A stretch of DNA of 64,000 bases from Caldimonas sp. (GTDB taxonomy: Bacteria; Pseudomonadota; Gammaproteobacteria; Burkholderiales; Burkholderiaceae_C). The translations under genes and the position numbers were made by a program. Below the pieces are notes generated by a model, which was not told the DNA's origin, ran no database searches, and saw only the letters and a list, made by a program, of their open reading frames with translations. This document shows, in pieces, positions 30,441 to 39,169 of this stretch. Numbering within the stretch: the first letter of the stretch is position 1; every line of letters begins with the position of its first letter. The DNA lies in the NCBI GenBank assembly GCA_040007855.1, contig JBDTUG010000001.1, positions 4,102 through 68,101 on the forward strand, given 5' to 3'.

Positions 30441-31073
30441 CTACGCCGGAGGATGGGACTGGCGGAGGGCCTCCATCGCCGGCCCGAGCCCGAGCGGCGC
30501 CGGCAGCGTCATCAGAATCCGCCTGAACAGCGGCCGGAAAGGGTCGTCGCCCTCGCGCTCCGTGAGCGGGTCGCGGTTCTGTCCGAAGGCGGCATCGAGC
30601 CCTTCCCAGTCCCCCGCGGTGAGCACCTCGCGCGCCAGCGGCAGCACCTGCGTTTCCTCGACCGTGATGTGATCGAGGTAGGCGGCGATGTAGGCATGCA
30701 TCGCCACTTCGAAGCGGACCAGGCGATCGGCAGCGTCGGCCCCCTCGCTCATCATTTCCAGGGCGAGCAGATCGTGCTCCAGGTCGAGCACGGCGCGATG
30801 GCTCTCGGCGTGGTCGCGGTCGAGGCGATCGAGGACGGCGCCGCGCTCGGCGCTGCGCTCCCTCAGCAACGGAAATAGCAAGCCGCTTTCCTTGGTGTGA
30901 TGCACCTTCTCCGGGAACTCGTCGATGTAGAACAGCATCGCCCGCAGGGCCGCGAAGTCGGGCGCGATGCCGCGGCGGCGGCTTTCGGTCAGCAGCAGGC
31001 CGATCGAGCGCAGCACGGCTGAAAGGACGCTGTGCTCGTTGCGGATGATCTGGAGCGTGCGGGGGGTCTGCAT
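30441..31073 (-). CDS. Hemerythrin-domain protein
   Basis: IRNEH, YIDEFPEKVHHTKE..LFP, LDRDH, YLDHITVEE; GAGGAG RBS. Confidence 0.88.
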   Translation of the reverse strand: MQTPRTLQIIRNEHSVLSAVLRSIGLLLTESRRRGIAPDFAALRAMLFYIDEFPEKVHHTKESGLLFPLLRERSAERGAVLDRLDRDHAESHRAVLDLEHDLLALEMMSEGADAADRLVRFEVAMHAYIAAYLDHITVEETQVLPLAREVLTAGDWEGLDAAFGQNRDPLTEREGDDPFRPLFRRILMTLPAPLGLGPAMEALRQSHPPA

Positions 31074-31167
31074 GGTGTTCTCCTCGGTCGGGCCGCCGGC
31101 GGAGCCGAGGGCTGTGTTGCGCTGCCTGCGGTCGTGCAGCGCCCGCAGCGCGGCGAACGCGCCTTGC

Positions 31168-31344
31168 TCAGGGCGACGCTGGAACGAGCGACGCGGCGAC
31201 GCCGGTCGTCGCATCCGTCGGCGCGGCGGGCCGGCCGGCGTCGAGGCCGTCGGGCCGATCCAGGGCCGCGGCGACGAAGACAGCGAAGGCACACGCGAGC
31301 GCAAGGGCGCCGGGAAGATCGGCAATCGGGGCGATGGACTTCAT
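31168..31344 (-). CDS. Small hypothetical membrane protein (58 aa)
   Basis: MKSIAPIADLPGALALACAFAVFVAAALD..., one hydrophobic helix; lies between the FNR box at 31417 and hemerythrin. Confidence 0.4.
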   Translation of the reverse strand: MKSIAPIADLPGALALACAFAVFVAAALDRPDGLDAGRPAAPTDATTGVAASLVPASP

Positions 31345-31416
31345 GGTGGATTCGGCTTTCGATGCGCCAGCTTGCAGACGCAGGTACCAGCCTACGGCGC
31401 AGCTGCCGGAACGTGC

Positions 31417-31430
31417 TTGATGCGCATCAA
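31417..31430. promoter_or_regulatory. FNR/FixK box TTGAT-GCGC-ATCAA
   Basis: Perfect consensus between the divergent hemerythrin and Crp/Fnr genes. Confidence 0.85.
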
Positions 31431-31641
31431 GTCCGGGGCGGCGCTGGCTAGTGGTCTGCGCCACCCACATTTGTGCTTTCGCTGCCCGGATCGGGCCGGC
31501 AGCGCCTGCCGGCGGCGTACCCGTCGGACACGCGCCGTTTACACACTGCGACCGAGCGACGTCGGGTGTTGTCACGGCGTTGTCGGTTGCTTCCTAGGAT
31601 CGATCGCACGCCCACCTCCGGCCGCCCGCAAGGATCCCGAC

Positions 31642-32424
31642 ATGCTCAGCACCACCCGCCACGCCGCCCCGATGCAGGTTGCCGCCGGCCTCTGCCCCGC
31701 GCCGCCGCTGCCCGCCGAGCGGCAGGCGGACGAGCGCGCCAGCCAACGGGTCGCCGACACGCTGTTGCTGCTGAGCCAGCGGCTGGGCCCGCGCCGCCGC
31801 ATCGTCCACGCCGGCGACGTCGTCTACGGCGCGGGCGAGCGCTTCGACATCCTGTACGTGCTCAACGCCGGCTTCTTCAAGATGGTCAACCTCAGCGCCG
31901 ATGGCCGCGAACAGGTGGTCAGCCTCAAGTTCCGCGGCGACTGGCTCGGCTTCGACGGCATCGCCACCGGCGCCTACGCCTGCGACGCCGTCGCCATGGA
32001 CACCGGCGAAGTCTGGGCGTTCAGCTACGACGAGCTGCTCGCCGCAGGCATCGCCTGCCCTGCCGTGCTGGCGGTGCTGCACGGCGCAATGAGCCGCGAG
32101 ATCGGCCGCGACCGCGATTCGCTGATGTCGGTCTGCACCTTGCCGGCCGATGCGCGGGTCGCCGAGTTCCTGCGCTACTGGGCCGACTCGCTGGCCAAGA
32201 GCGGCCTGCGCTGCGACCAGATCACCCTGCGCATGACGCGGGCCGAGATCGGCAACTACCTCGGCATGACGCTCGAGACCGTGAGCCGCGCCCTCTCGAA
32301 GCTGGCGCGCGAGCAAGTCATCGTCTTCGCCAGCAAGGGTCGGCGCGACATCCGGATTCCGGAGGTCGGCGCGTTGTCGAGCTTCGTCCAGCGTTGCCTG
32401 GCACCGGCGCCGACGCTCCAGTAG
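31642..32424 (+). CDS. Crp/Fnr-family regulator, FixK-like
   Basis: DGREQV, GDWLGFDGI; HTH MTRAEIGNYLGMTLETVSR; lacks the N-terminal FNR cysteine cluster. Confidence 0.9.
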   Translation: MLSTTRHAAPMQVAAGLCPAPPLPAERQADERASQRVADTLLLLSQRLGPRRRIVHAGDVVYGAGERFDILYVLNAGFFKMVNLSADGREQVVSLKFRGDWLGFDGIATGAYACDAVAMDTGEVWAFSYDELLAAGIACPAVLAVLHGAMSREIGRDRDSLMSVCTLPADARVAEFLRYWADSLAKSGLRCDQITLRMTRAEIGNYLGMTLETVSRALSKLAREQVIVFASKGRRDIRIPEVGALSSFVQRCLAPAPTLQ

Positions 32425-32439
32425 GCTGGTTCGCCAGCC

Positions 32440-34518
32440 TCAGTCGACGCCGACGACACGGGCGATCGCCTGCGCGAGTTCCTCGCGCGTGCACGGCTTG
32501 GGCAGCAGCTCCCACGTCGACGGCGAATCGCGGTCCGCCTCGAGCAGCTCGGACGAGTAGCCCGACATGAGCAGCACCCGCATGGCCGCAAAGCGCTGCT
32601 GCGCGAGGGCGGCGAACTCCGGCCCGCGCATGCCGGCGCCGAGGGCGATGTCGGTCACGACGAGATCGAAGACACGGTCGGGACCGAGCACGAGCAGGGC
32701 CTGCTCGCCGCTGGCCGCCTCGCTCACCTTGCAGTGCAGGGCCTCCAGGAAACGCCGGATCACGGCGCGCACCTCGGCATCGTCTTCGACCAGCAGCACG
32801 CGCAGTCCCGGCGGCACGGTTCGCGCCGTGGCGGGCTCCTCCGGCGCCACCGTCGCCATCTCGCGCGGGCCGGGGATGTAGAGCGTGACGGTGGTGCCGC
32901 GGCCGAGCGCGCTGTCGAGCGTGACCGCCCCCCTGGACTGTTTCACGAACCCGTAGACGGTGCTCAGGCCGAGCCCGGTGCCGCGGCCCGCTTCCTTGGT
33001 CGTGAAGAAGGGTTCGAAGGCCCGCTCGAGCGCCTCGGCCGACATGCCGCTGCCGTTGTCGGCGATCGCGATGCGCACGAACGCGCCTGGCGCAGCCGGC
33101 TCGCCCGCCGCGACAGCGATCTCCTCCGGCATCGTGGTGCAGGGCTCGGCACGAAAACACAAGCTCCCGCCCGCCGGCATCGCGTCGCGGGCATTGATCG
33201 CGATGTTGAGGAGGGCCGATTCGAGCTGACCGGGATCGACCAGCACGATCAGGCCGTCGGGCGGCGCATCGACCTCGATGGCGATCCGCTGGTCGAGCGT
33301 GCGGCGCAGCATGTCGGCGAGCGAGTGAAGCATCGCCGCCGCATCGACCGCGACCGGCTGGAGGACCTGCCGGCGCGAGAAGGCCAGCAACTTGCCGGTC
33401 AGCTCGGCGCCGCGCCGGGCCGCCCGGCTGGCGGCGTCGACGAGCGGCCGGCGCTGGCTTTCGTCGGCAAGCGGCGGCAGGTCGCCGAGCACCTGCAGGT
33501 TGCCCTGGATCACCGTCAGCAGGTTGTTGAAGTCGTGGGCGATGCCACCGGTCAGCTGGCCGACGCTCTCGAGCCGCTGCGCATGGTTGAGCGCCTCTTC
33601 GGAGTGCACCCGCTGCAGGCTGCTTGCCAGCAGGTTGCCGAGCGACTCGAGGAAGCTGACCTCGTCGTCGCCGAAGCGCCGCTGGCCGCGCGACCGGACG
33701 ACCAGCACGCCGATGATCCGGCCCCGATCGGAGAGCGGAACGGCGAGCCCGCTCGTCAGTCCGGCCTCCAGGTAGGTGCGCGGCACGGCGAAGCGTTGCT
33801 CCAGCGCATAGTCGTCGACGATGACGGAGCGGCCGTGCGCCAGGACGAAGCCGAGCGAGCTGTCGGGGCGGTTCGGCACCCGGTCGCCGATGCCCTCGCC
33901 CAAGACGCCGCCGACCGCGCTGGCGACGCGCAGCTCGAGCAGGTTGGCCTCGAGCAGGTAGACCATCGCGACGGCGAGCTTCAGACCCTCGGCGGCGGCG
34001 ACCGGCACTTCGTCCAGCAGCGCCTGCGGGTCGCGCGCGTCGACCGCGAGCCGACCGACCTGGGCCAGCCGCTCGCTGTAGCGGGCGCGCCGCAGCGCCC
34101 GCGCCATGCGCGGATAGGCGCCGATGTCCCGGATCGCCGCCACCACCAGCGGATGACCGTGGTCCTGCAGGGGGCTCAGGGCGATCTCGACGACGACTTC
34201 GCTGCCGTCCCTGCGCCGGGCGACCAGTTCGGTCTGGCGCCCCATCGGTCGGGCCTTCGGCTCGCGGCCGAAGGCGGCGCGGTAGGCAGCGTGGCGCGGC
34301 CGGATGCTGTCGGGCACGAGGTCGTCGATCGCCATGCCGGCGAACTCCTCGACCGAATAGCCGAGCAGCGCGCCCGCCGACGGGTTGGCGAGGACGATCC
34401 GGCCGCCCGCGTCGGCGACGATCAGGGCGTCGGGATGGGCCGCGAACAGCGCCCGGAACACGTCGTTGACTTCCGGCGCTTTTGCGGGCGTGGCGGCCGG
34501 CGGCGTGGGCGTGCTCAA
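32440..34518 (-). CDS. PAS-GAF hybrid sensor histidine kinase (FixL-like PAS)
   Basis: PAS (RPRHAAY, ARRRDGS), GAF, GIAHDFNNLL, NARDAM, FFTTKEAGRGTGLGL, C-terminal REC; start codon approximate. Confidence 0.9.
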   Translation of the reverse strand: MSTPTPPAATPAKAPEVNDVFRALFAAHPDALIVADAGGRIVLANPSAGALLGYSVEEFAGMAIDDLVPDSIRPRHAAYRAAFGREPKARPMGRQTELVARRRDGSEVVVEIALSPLQDHGHPLVVAAIRDIGAYPRMARALRRARYSERLAQVGRLAVDARDPQALLDEVPVAAAEGLKLAVAMVYLLEANLLELRVASAVGGVLGEGIGDRVPNRPDSSLGFVLAHGRSVIVDDYALEQRFAVPRTYLEAGLTSGLAVPLSDRGRIIGVLVVRSRGQRRFGDDEVSFLESLGNLLASSLQRVHSEEALNHAQRLESVGQLTGGIAHDFNNLLTVIQGNLQVLGDLPPLADESQRRPLVDAASRAARRGAELTGKLLAFSRRQVLQPVAVDAAAMLHSLADMLRRTLDQRIAIEVDAPPDGLIVLVDPGQLESALLNIAINARDAMPAGGSLCFRAEPCTTMPEEIAVAAGEPAAPGAFVRIAIADNGSGMSAEALERAFEPFFTTKEAGRGTGLGLSTVYGFVKQSRGAVTLDSALGRGTTVTLYIPGPREMATVAPEEPATARTVPPGLRVLLVEDDAEVRAVIRRFLEALHCKVSEAASGEQALLVLGPDRVFDLVVTDIALGAGMRGPEFAALAQQRFAAMRVLLMSGYSSELLEADRDSPSTWELLPKPCTREELAQAIARVVGVD

Positions 34519-34528
34519 CGAGTTCGTC

Positions 34529-35251
34529 TCAGGCGACGCTGACCGGCGGCACGAGGATGTAGCCGGCGCCGCGAACCGACTTGATGATCTGCGGCTCGTC
34601 GATGTCGGCCTCGAGTTTCTTGCGCAACCGGCCGACCTGGACATCGATGGTCCGGTCGAAGGGGGCCGCCTCGCGGCCGCGCGTCTGCTCGAGCAGGAAG
34701 TCGCGCGACAGCACGCGGCCGGGGTGGCGCACGAACGCCCACAGCAGCTCGAACTCGCCGCCCGTCAGCGCGATCTCGGCGCCGCTCGGATCGAGGAGGC
34801 GGCGCGCCGCGGGGTCGAGCTGCCAGTTCGCGAAGCGGTGCGAGCGCGGCCGGGCTTCGGCCGGCGCCGGAGCCGGCGCCGCCAGCGTGCGGCGCAGCAC
34901 TGCCTTGATCCTGGCCAGCAGCTCGCGCAGGTCGAAGGGTTTGGTCACGTAGTCGTCGGCACCGACCTCGAGGCCGACGACCTTGTCGACGGCGTCGCCC
35001 CGCCCGGTGACGATCACCAGGCCGCAGCGCCAGTGCTCGCGCAGCTGCCTGGCGAGCGCGAAACCGTCCTCGCCGGGCAGGCCGAGATCGAGCAGGACGA
35101 GCTGCGCCGGATCGGCCGCCATCAGCCGGAGCAGCGCCGGACCTTCATGCGTCTGCGAGACCCGGTAGCCGTGGCCCTGCAGGTAGGTCGCGAGCAGCTC
35201 GGCGATGTCGGCCTCGTCGTCGAGGATCGCGATATGGACAGCAGGATGCAC
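34529..35251 (-). CDS. OmpR-family response regulator
   Basis: ILDDE, LLDLGLPGEDG, GADDYVTKPF, DRTIDVQVGRLRKK, SVRGAGY. Confidence 0.92.
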   Translation of the reverse strand: MHPAVHIAILDDEADIAELLATYLQGHGYRVSQTHEGPALLRLMAADPAQLVLLDLGLPGEDGFALARQLREHWRCGLVIVTGRGDAVDKVVGLEVGADDYVTKPFDLRELLARIKAVLRRTLAAPAPAPAEARPRSHRFANWQLDPAARRLLDPSGAEIALTGGEFELLWAFVRHPGRVLSRDFLLEQTRGREAAPFDRTIDVQVGRLRKKLEADIDEPQIIKSVRGAGYILVPPVSVA

Positions 35252-35309
35252 CGGTCGGGAAAAGGGCTCGCCTCGGGGGCGCCTTCGGCAAGGCGAGGGC
35301 CCTAGCGTA

Positions 35310-35459
35310 TCAGTCTCGACCGGAGCGCGGCCCGCCTTCCCCGTCCTCGACCGGATGCTCGAGGAACCACTCGAGGACGGCGGCGACGACGAGCGCGGCC
35401 ACGAGGAGCGCACCCGCGACGCCTCCGACCCAGATGGCGATCTCGAGCAGGGTCTGCAT
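35310..35459 (-). CDS. Small single-TM protein (49 aa), not in ORF track
   Basis: MQTLLEIAIWVGGVAGALLVAALVVAAVLEWFLEHPVEDGEGGPRSGRD*, codons with high GC3. Confidence 0.5.
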   Translation of the reverse strand: MQTLLEIAIWVGGVAGALLVAALVVAAVLEWFLEHPVEDGEGGPRSGRD

Positions 35460-35526
35460 GGCGGGTCGTCAGAGCTCGACCGTGCCGGTGCCGCCGAGGA
35501 AGCTCTGGCGCATGCGAGACGCTCTG

Positions 35527-36024
35527 TCAGCCGATCGTGCTCAGCAGCACCGCCTGCAGGACCGACAGGCGCCGGCCTTCGCTCCGCCCCTGCGGCAGCC
35601 GCGCCGCCAGCGCCGAGGTCGGGTGCTGATCGCTCGAGATGGCATTGAAGACCGGGCCGCCGGCTTCCTGGCCGATCCGGCCGACCAGCTCGGCAGCCAT
35701 GCCCTGGCACTCGATGGCGTCGTACAGGCGGGCGAGCATCCGGGCGGTCTCGCGCACCACGACCGGCGCGCTGAGTTCCGTGAGGCTGGGTCTGACGTGG
35801 GCGACGCGTGCGCCGAGGCTCTCTGCCGCCGTCCTGAACAGGATGGCGGCGTCTGCATCGGGGCTGTCGCACATGAGGCAGAGGTTCTTTCCTGCCAGGA
35901 GAGAGAGCGCCTGCAGCTCGGGCGCACGATGAAGCGCCGATGCGTTTTCGAGCAGCAAGTCCTCATCCGCCGGGGACAGTCGCTCGAGTTGTCGGGCATG
36001 CAAGGGGTGAAACACCAGGGCCAT
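35527..36024 (-). CDS. Truncated ornithine-carbamoyltransferase-like protein (carbamoyl-phosphate-binding domain only)
   Basis: LAGKNLCL, LGARV, ETARMLARLYDAIE, PVFNA, HPT match the OTC N-domain; STRT motif absent; 165 aa. Confidence 0.7.
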   Translation of the reverse strand: MALVFHPLHARQLERLSPADEDLLLENASALHRAPELQALSLLAGKNLCLMCDSPDADAAILFRTAAESLGARVAHVRPSLTELSAPVVVRETARMLARLYDAIECQGMAAELVGRIGQEAGGPVFNAISSDQHPTSALAARLPQGRSEGRRLSVLQAVLLSTIG

Positions 36025-36085
36025 CGTTTCCGTCGCGCGCGGCGCCATTCGATAGCGGAGGGTACGGTCGCGCCGGCGCCGGACC

Positions 36086-36099
36086 TTGATGCCGATCAA
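36086..36099. promoter_or_regulatory. FNR/FixK box TTGAT-GCCG-ATCAA
   Basis: Perfect consensus about 60 bp upstream of the OTC-like gene. Confidence 0.85.
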
Positions 36100-36504
36100 G
36101 CGACGCCAGGGCGAACTGCGCGCTTGACCCGGTCTCAGGCCCGATTCCATCGCAAGCGCATGTCGACGAGGCGCGAGGCCGGCGCCGGCGAGGCAAGGCG
36201 GCAGCCGGGGCACGCCGCACCGGCCAGCGCGGCGCGAAGGAACGGCGCGTTCAAGGCGGACCACGGCGAGGTTCAGCGCCGCCCCAGCACCGCCTTGCGA
36301 TGACCGATCTTCGAGCCACCTGAATTTCGACCTCTCCGTATATCCTGACCACCATGAATTCGGCCATCTCCTTCGCCGTCATCCGTGTGCCGCCGCTGCC
36401 GGCGGTTTCGCCGCCGACCTGGCTGCGCTCGCGCACTCGCCGCAATGCCGGGGCGGGCGCCGGCCGCGACTGCACGCGACCCGATCGGCCGGACTAGCGC
36501 GGCC

Positions 36505-37608
36505 GTGGATTTCGCCTTCACGGTCCACCCGGACGTCACTCGGGCGCGCACGCTGCCGAGCGCGTTCTACCTCGATCCTGCGATCCATGCGCTGACGCGC
36601 GAGCGCGTGTTTGCGCGCACCTGGCAATGGCTCGGCGACCTGGGCGATGTCGATGCGCGGGCCTCGCTGTCGCCGCGCGAGATGCTGGCCGGGCACCTCG
36701 ACGAGCCGCTCCTGCTCGCGCGCGACGCCGCGGGCGAGCTGCGCTGCCTGTCCAATGTCTGCACGCACCGCGGCAACATCCTGGTAAGCGAGGCCTGCCG
36801 GGCCGAGCAGATCCGCTGCAGCTACCACTCGCGGCGCTTCGACCTCGCCGGACGCATGACCTTCATGCCCGGTTTCGAGAACGCGCAGGACTTCCCCGGA
36901 CCCTCCGACCACCTGCCGCGGGTGCCGTTCGGCAACTTCGCGGGGCAGGCGTTCGCATCGCTCGCTCCGGCGGCACCGTTCGAAGCCTTCTTCGCAGACA
37001 TCGGGGCGCGCATGGCGTGGCTGCCGTTCGACGAGCTGCGCCACGATCCGGCCCGCGACCGCGACTTCGAGGTCGCCGCGCACTGGGCCCTGTACGTCGA
37101 GAACTACCTCGAGGGCCTGCACATTCCCTTCCTGCACCCGGCGCTGAACCAGGTGCTCGACATGGAGCGCTACGACTACCATCTGGGCCGCTACTGCAGC
37201 CTGCAGCTCGCGCCAGCACGCGACGGCGATGCGGCGTTCGAGCTGCCTTCGGCCTCGCCCGACCATGGCCGGCGGATCGCGGCGTACTACTGGTGGGTGT
37301 TCCCGAACCTGATGCTGAACTTCTACCCCTGGGGATTGTCGTTGAACCTGGTGCAGCCGCTCGCGCCCGATCGCACGCGCGTGAGCTTTCGTGGCTACGT
37401 GCACGACATTGACCGCCTCGCAAGCGGTGCCGGCGCCGCGCTCGACCAGGTGGAGAGGGAGGACGAGGCGGCCGTCGAGTCGGTGCAGCGCGGCTTGCGC
37501 TCGCGCCTGTACCACGACGGCCGCTATTCGCCATCGCACGAGCGCGGGGTGCACCACTTTCATCGGCTGCTGTGCGAGTTCCTGGCGGAACCGGCAGCTC
37601 GCTCTTAG
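36505..37608 (+). CDS. Rieske non-heme iron oxygenase alpha subunit (choline monooxygenase-like)
   Basis: NVCTHRG...CSYH Rieske motif; ENYLEGLHIPFLH; VEREDEAAVESVQRG. Confidence 0.88.
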   Translation: MDFAFTVHPDVTRARTLPSAFYLDPAIHALTRERVFARTWQWLGDLGDVDARASLSPREMLAGHLDEPLLLARDAAGELRCLSNVCTHRGNILVSEACRAEQIRCSYHSRRFDLAGRMTFMPGFENAQDFPGPSDHLPRVPFGNFAGQAFASLAPAAPFEAFFADIGARMAWLPFDELRHDPARDRDFEVAAHWALYVENYLEGLHIPFLHPALNQVLDMERYDYHLGRYCSLQLAPARDGDAAFELPSASPDHGRRIAAYYWWVFPNLMLNFYPWGLSLNLVQPLAPDRTRVSFRGYVHDIDRLASGAGAALDQVEREDEAAVESVQRGLRSRLYHDGRYSPSHERGVHHFHRLLCEFLAEPAARS

Positions 37609-37671
37609 GCGCTGCGCGAATTCCCTCGTCGGGACGCGGCCTCGCCAAGACCGAAGTCAAGAGCTCGGACA

Positions 37672-38391
37672 TTGACTGCAGGAGACAGCAATCGCATGTT
37701 CAACCCCTACCTCGAGTTCCAGGCTCCGCCCTACCGGCTCTCGGGTCTGGTCGTCGGCCCGCTGCTGAACCACGCTGCCGCGCTCGCGGCACTGGGGGGA
37801 GTGGTCCACGAAGCGCCCTACAAGGCGCCGCCCAAAGGGCCCATCCTCTACATCAAGCCGCGCAACACGCTCGCGGCCGACGGCGCGTCAGTGGCCGTCC
37901 CTTCGCCGTATCGGGAGTTGGAGATCGGCGCTTCCCTGGGTCTGGTGATCGGGCGCATTGCCTGCCGGGTGAGCGAGCGCGAGGCACTCGGACACGTCTC
38001 GGGGTACACGCTGGTCGCGGATCTGAGCGTGCCGCACGACAGCTTCTACCGTCCGTCGATCCGTTTCAAGGCGCTCGATGATTCGTGCCTCGTCGGTCCG
38101 CGGGTCGTGTCGCGCGCGGCCCTCGGCAATCCCGACGATGTCGCCCTCCGGATCCTGGTCGATGGCGTGCAGACGCAGGCAACGAGCACGCGCGGGATGG
38201 TCCGCCCGGCGGCGCAATTGGTCGCCGACGTGAGCAACTTCATGACGCTGAGACCGGGTGACGTCCTGATGCTCGGCATCGCCCATGGCGCGCCCCGCGC
38301 GCGTTCCGGTCAGAGCTTCGCCATCGAGGCCGAAGGCGTCGGCCGCCTCGGCGGACGCTTGATCGACGACAACGACGGGGGGCTGGCATGA
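37672..38391 (+). CDS. hpaG: Fumarylacetoacetate hydrolase family (HpaG N-terminal-type subunit)
   Basis: PYKAPPKGPILYIKPRNT, SFYRPSIRFK, FMTLRPGDVL. Confidence 0.8.
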   Translation: MTAGDSNRMFNPYLEFQAPPYRLSGLVVGPLLNHAAALAALGGVVHEAPYKAPPKGPILYIKPRNTLAADGASVAVPSPYRELEIGASLGLVIGRIACRVSEREALGHVSGYTLVADLSVPHDSFYRPSIRFKALDDSCLVGPRVVSRAALGNPDDVALRILVDGVQTQATSTRGMVRPAAQLVADVSNFMTLRPGDVLMLGIAHGAPRARSGQSFAIEAEGVGRLGGRLIDDNDGGLA

Positions 38392-39155
38392 GAACCGCCA
38401 TCGTCGCCTACGGCGGCGCCATTCACCAGGCGACGCCTCACCCCGACGGCCTTCGGCTCGCCGATGGACGAGTGCTCGGCGAGGATGCCGTGGTCTGGCT
38501 TGCACCGTTCGAGGTTGGAACGATCATCGCGCTGGGGCTGAACTACGCCGATCACGTCAAGGAGTTGTCGAAGGAGCTCACGGTCACGTCGAGGGACGAG
38601 CCCTTGGTGTTTCTGAAGACACCCGGGGCCGCGATCGGCCATCGCGGGTTCACCCGGCGGCCACGGGACGCAAGCTTCATGCACTACGAGTGCGAGCTGG
38701 CGGTCGTGATCGGGGCGACCGCGCGCAAGGTGAAGCGCTCCGATGCGATGCGTCATGTCGCCGGCTACACCGTCTGCAACGACTACGCGATCCGCGACTA
38801 CCTGGAAAACTGGTACCGGCCGAACCTGCGGGTGAAGAACCGCGACACGTGCACGGTGCTCGGACCCTGGTTCGTCGACGCGCAGGACATCCCGGACCCG
38901 CACGCTCTCGCGCTCCGTACTTCCGTCGACGGAAAAGTCACGCAACAAGGGACCACCGCCGACATGATCAACGACATACCGTCGCTGATCGAGTACCTGA
39001 GCGGATTCATGACCCTGCGCGCCGGCGATGTGATTCTGACCGGCACGCCGGACGGCGTCGTCAACGTCGACGTCGGCGCCGAAGTCGTGACCGAGATCGA
39101 CGGCATCGGCCGCCTGGTGAACACCATCGTCGGCGACGACTCCTTTGGCTTGTAG
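38388..39155 (+). CDS. hpaG: Fumarylacetoacetate hydrolase family (HpaG C-terminal-type subunit)
   Basis: LGLNYADH, MHYECEL, NDYAIRDYLENWYRPNLRVKNRD. Confidence 0.9.
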   Translation: MRTAIVAYGGAIHQATPHPDGLRLADGRVLGEDAVVWLAPFEVGTIIALGLNYADHVKELSKELTVTSRDEPLVFLKTPGAAIGHRGFTRRPRDASFMHYECELAVVIGATARKVKRSDAMRHVAGYTVCNDYAIRDYLENWYRPNLRVKNRDTCTVLGPWFVDAQDIPDPHALALRTSVDGKVTQQGTTADMINDIPSLIEYLSGFMTLRAGDVILTGTPDGVVNVDVGAEVVTEIDGIGRLVNTIVGDDSFGL

Positions 39156-39169
39156 AAGGAACCCGCACC

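Noticed and set aside
35527-36024. Calling the gene argF/arcB
   Set aside because: Lacks STRT and the whole ornithine-binding domain; no arginine deiminase genes nearby
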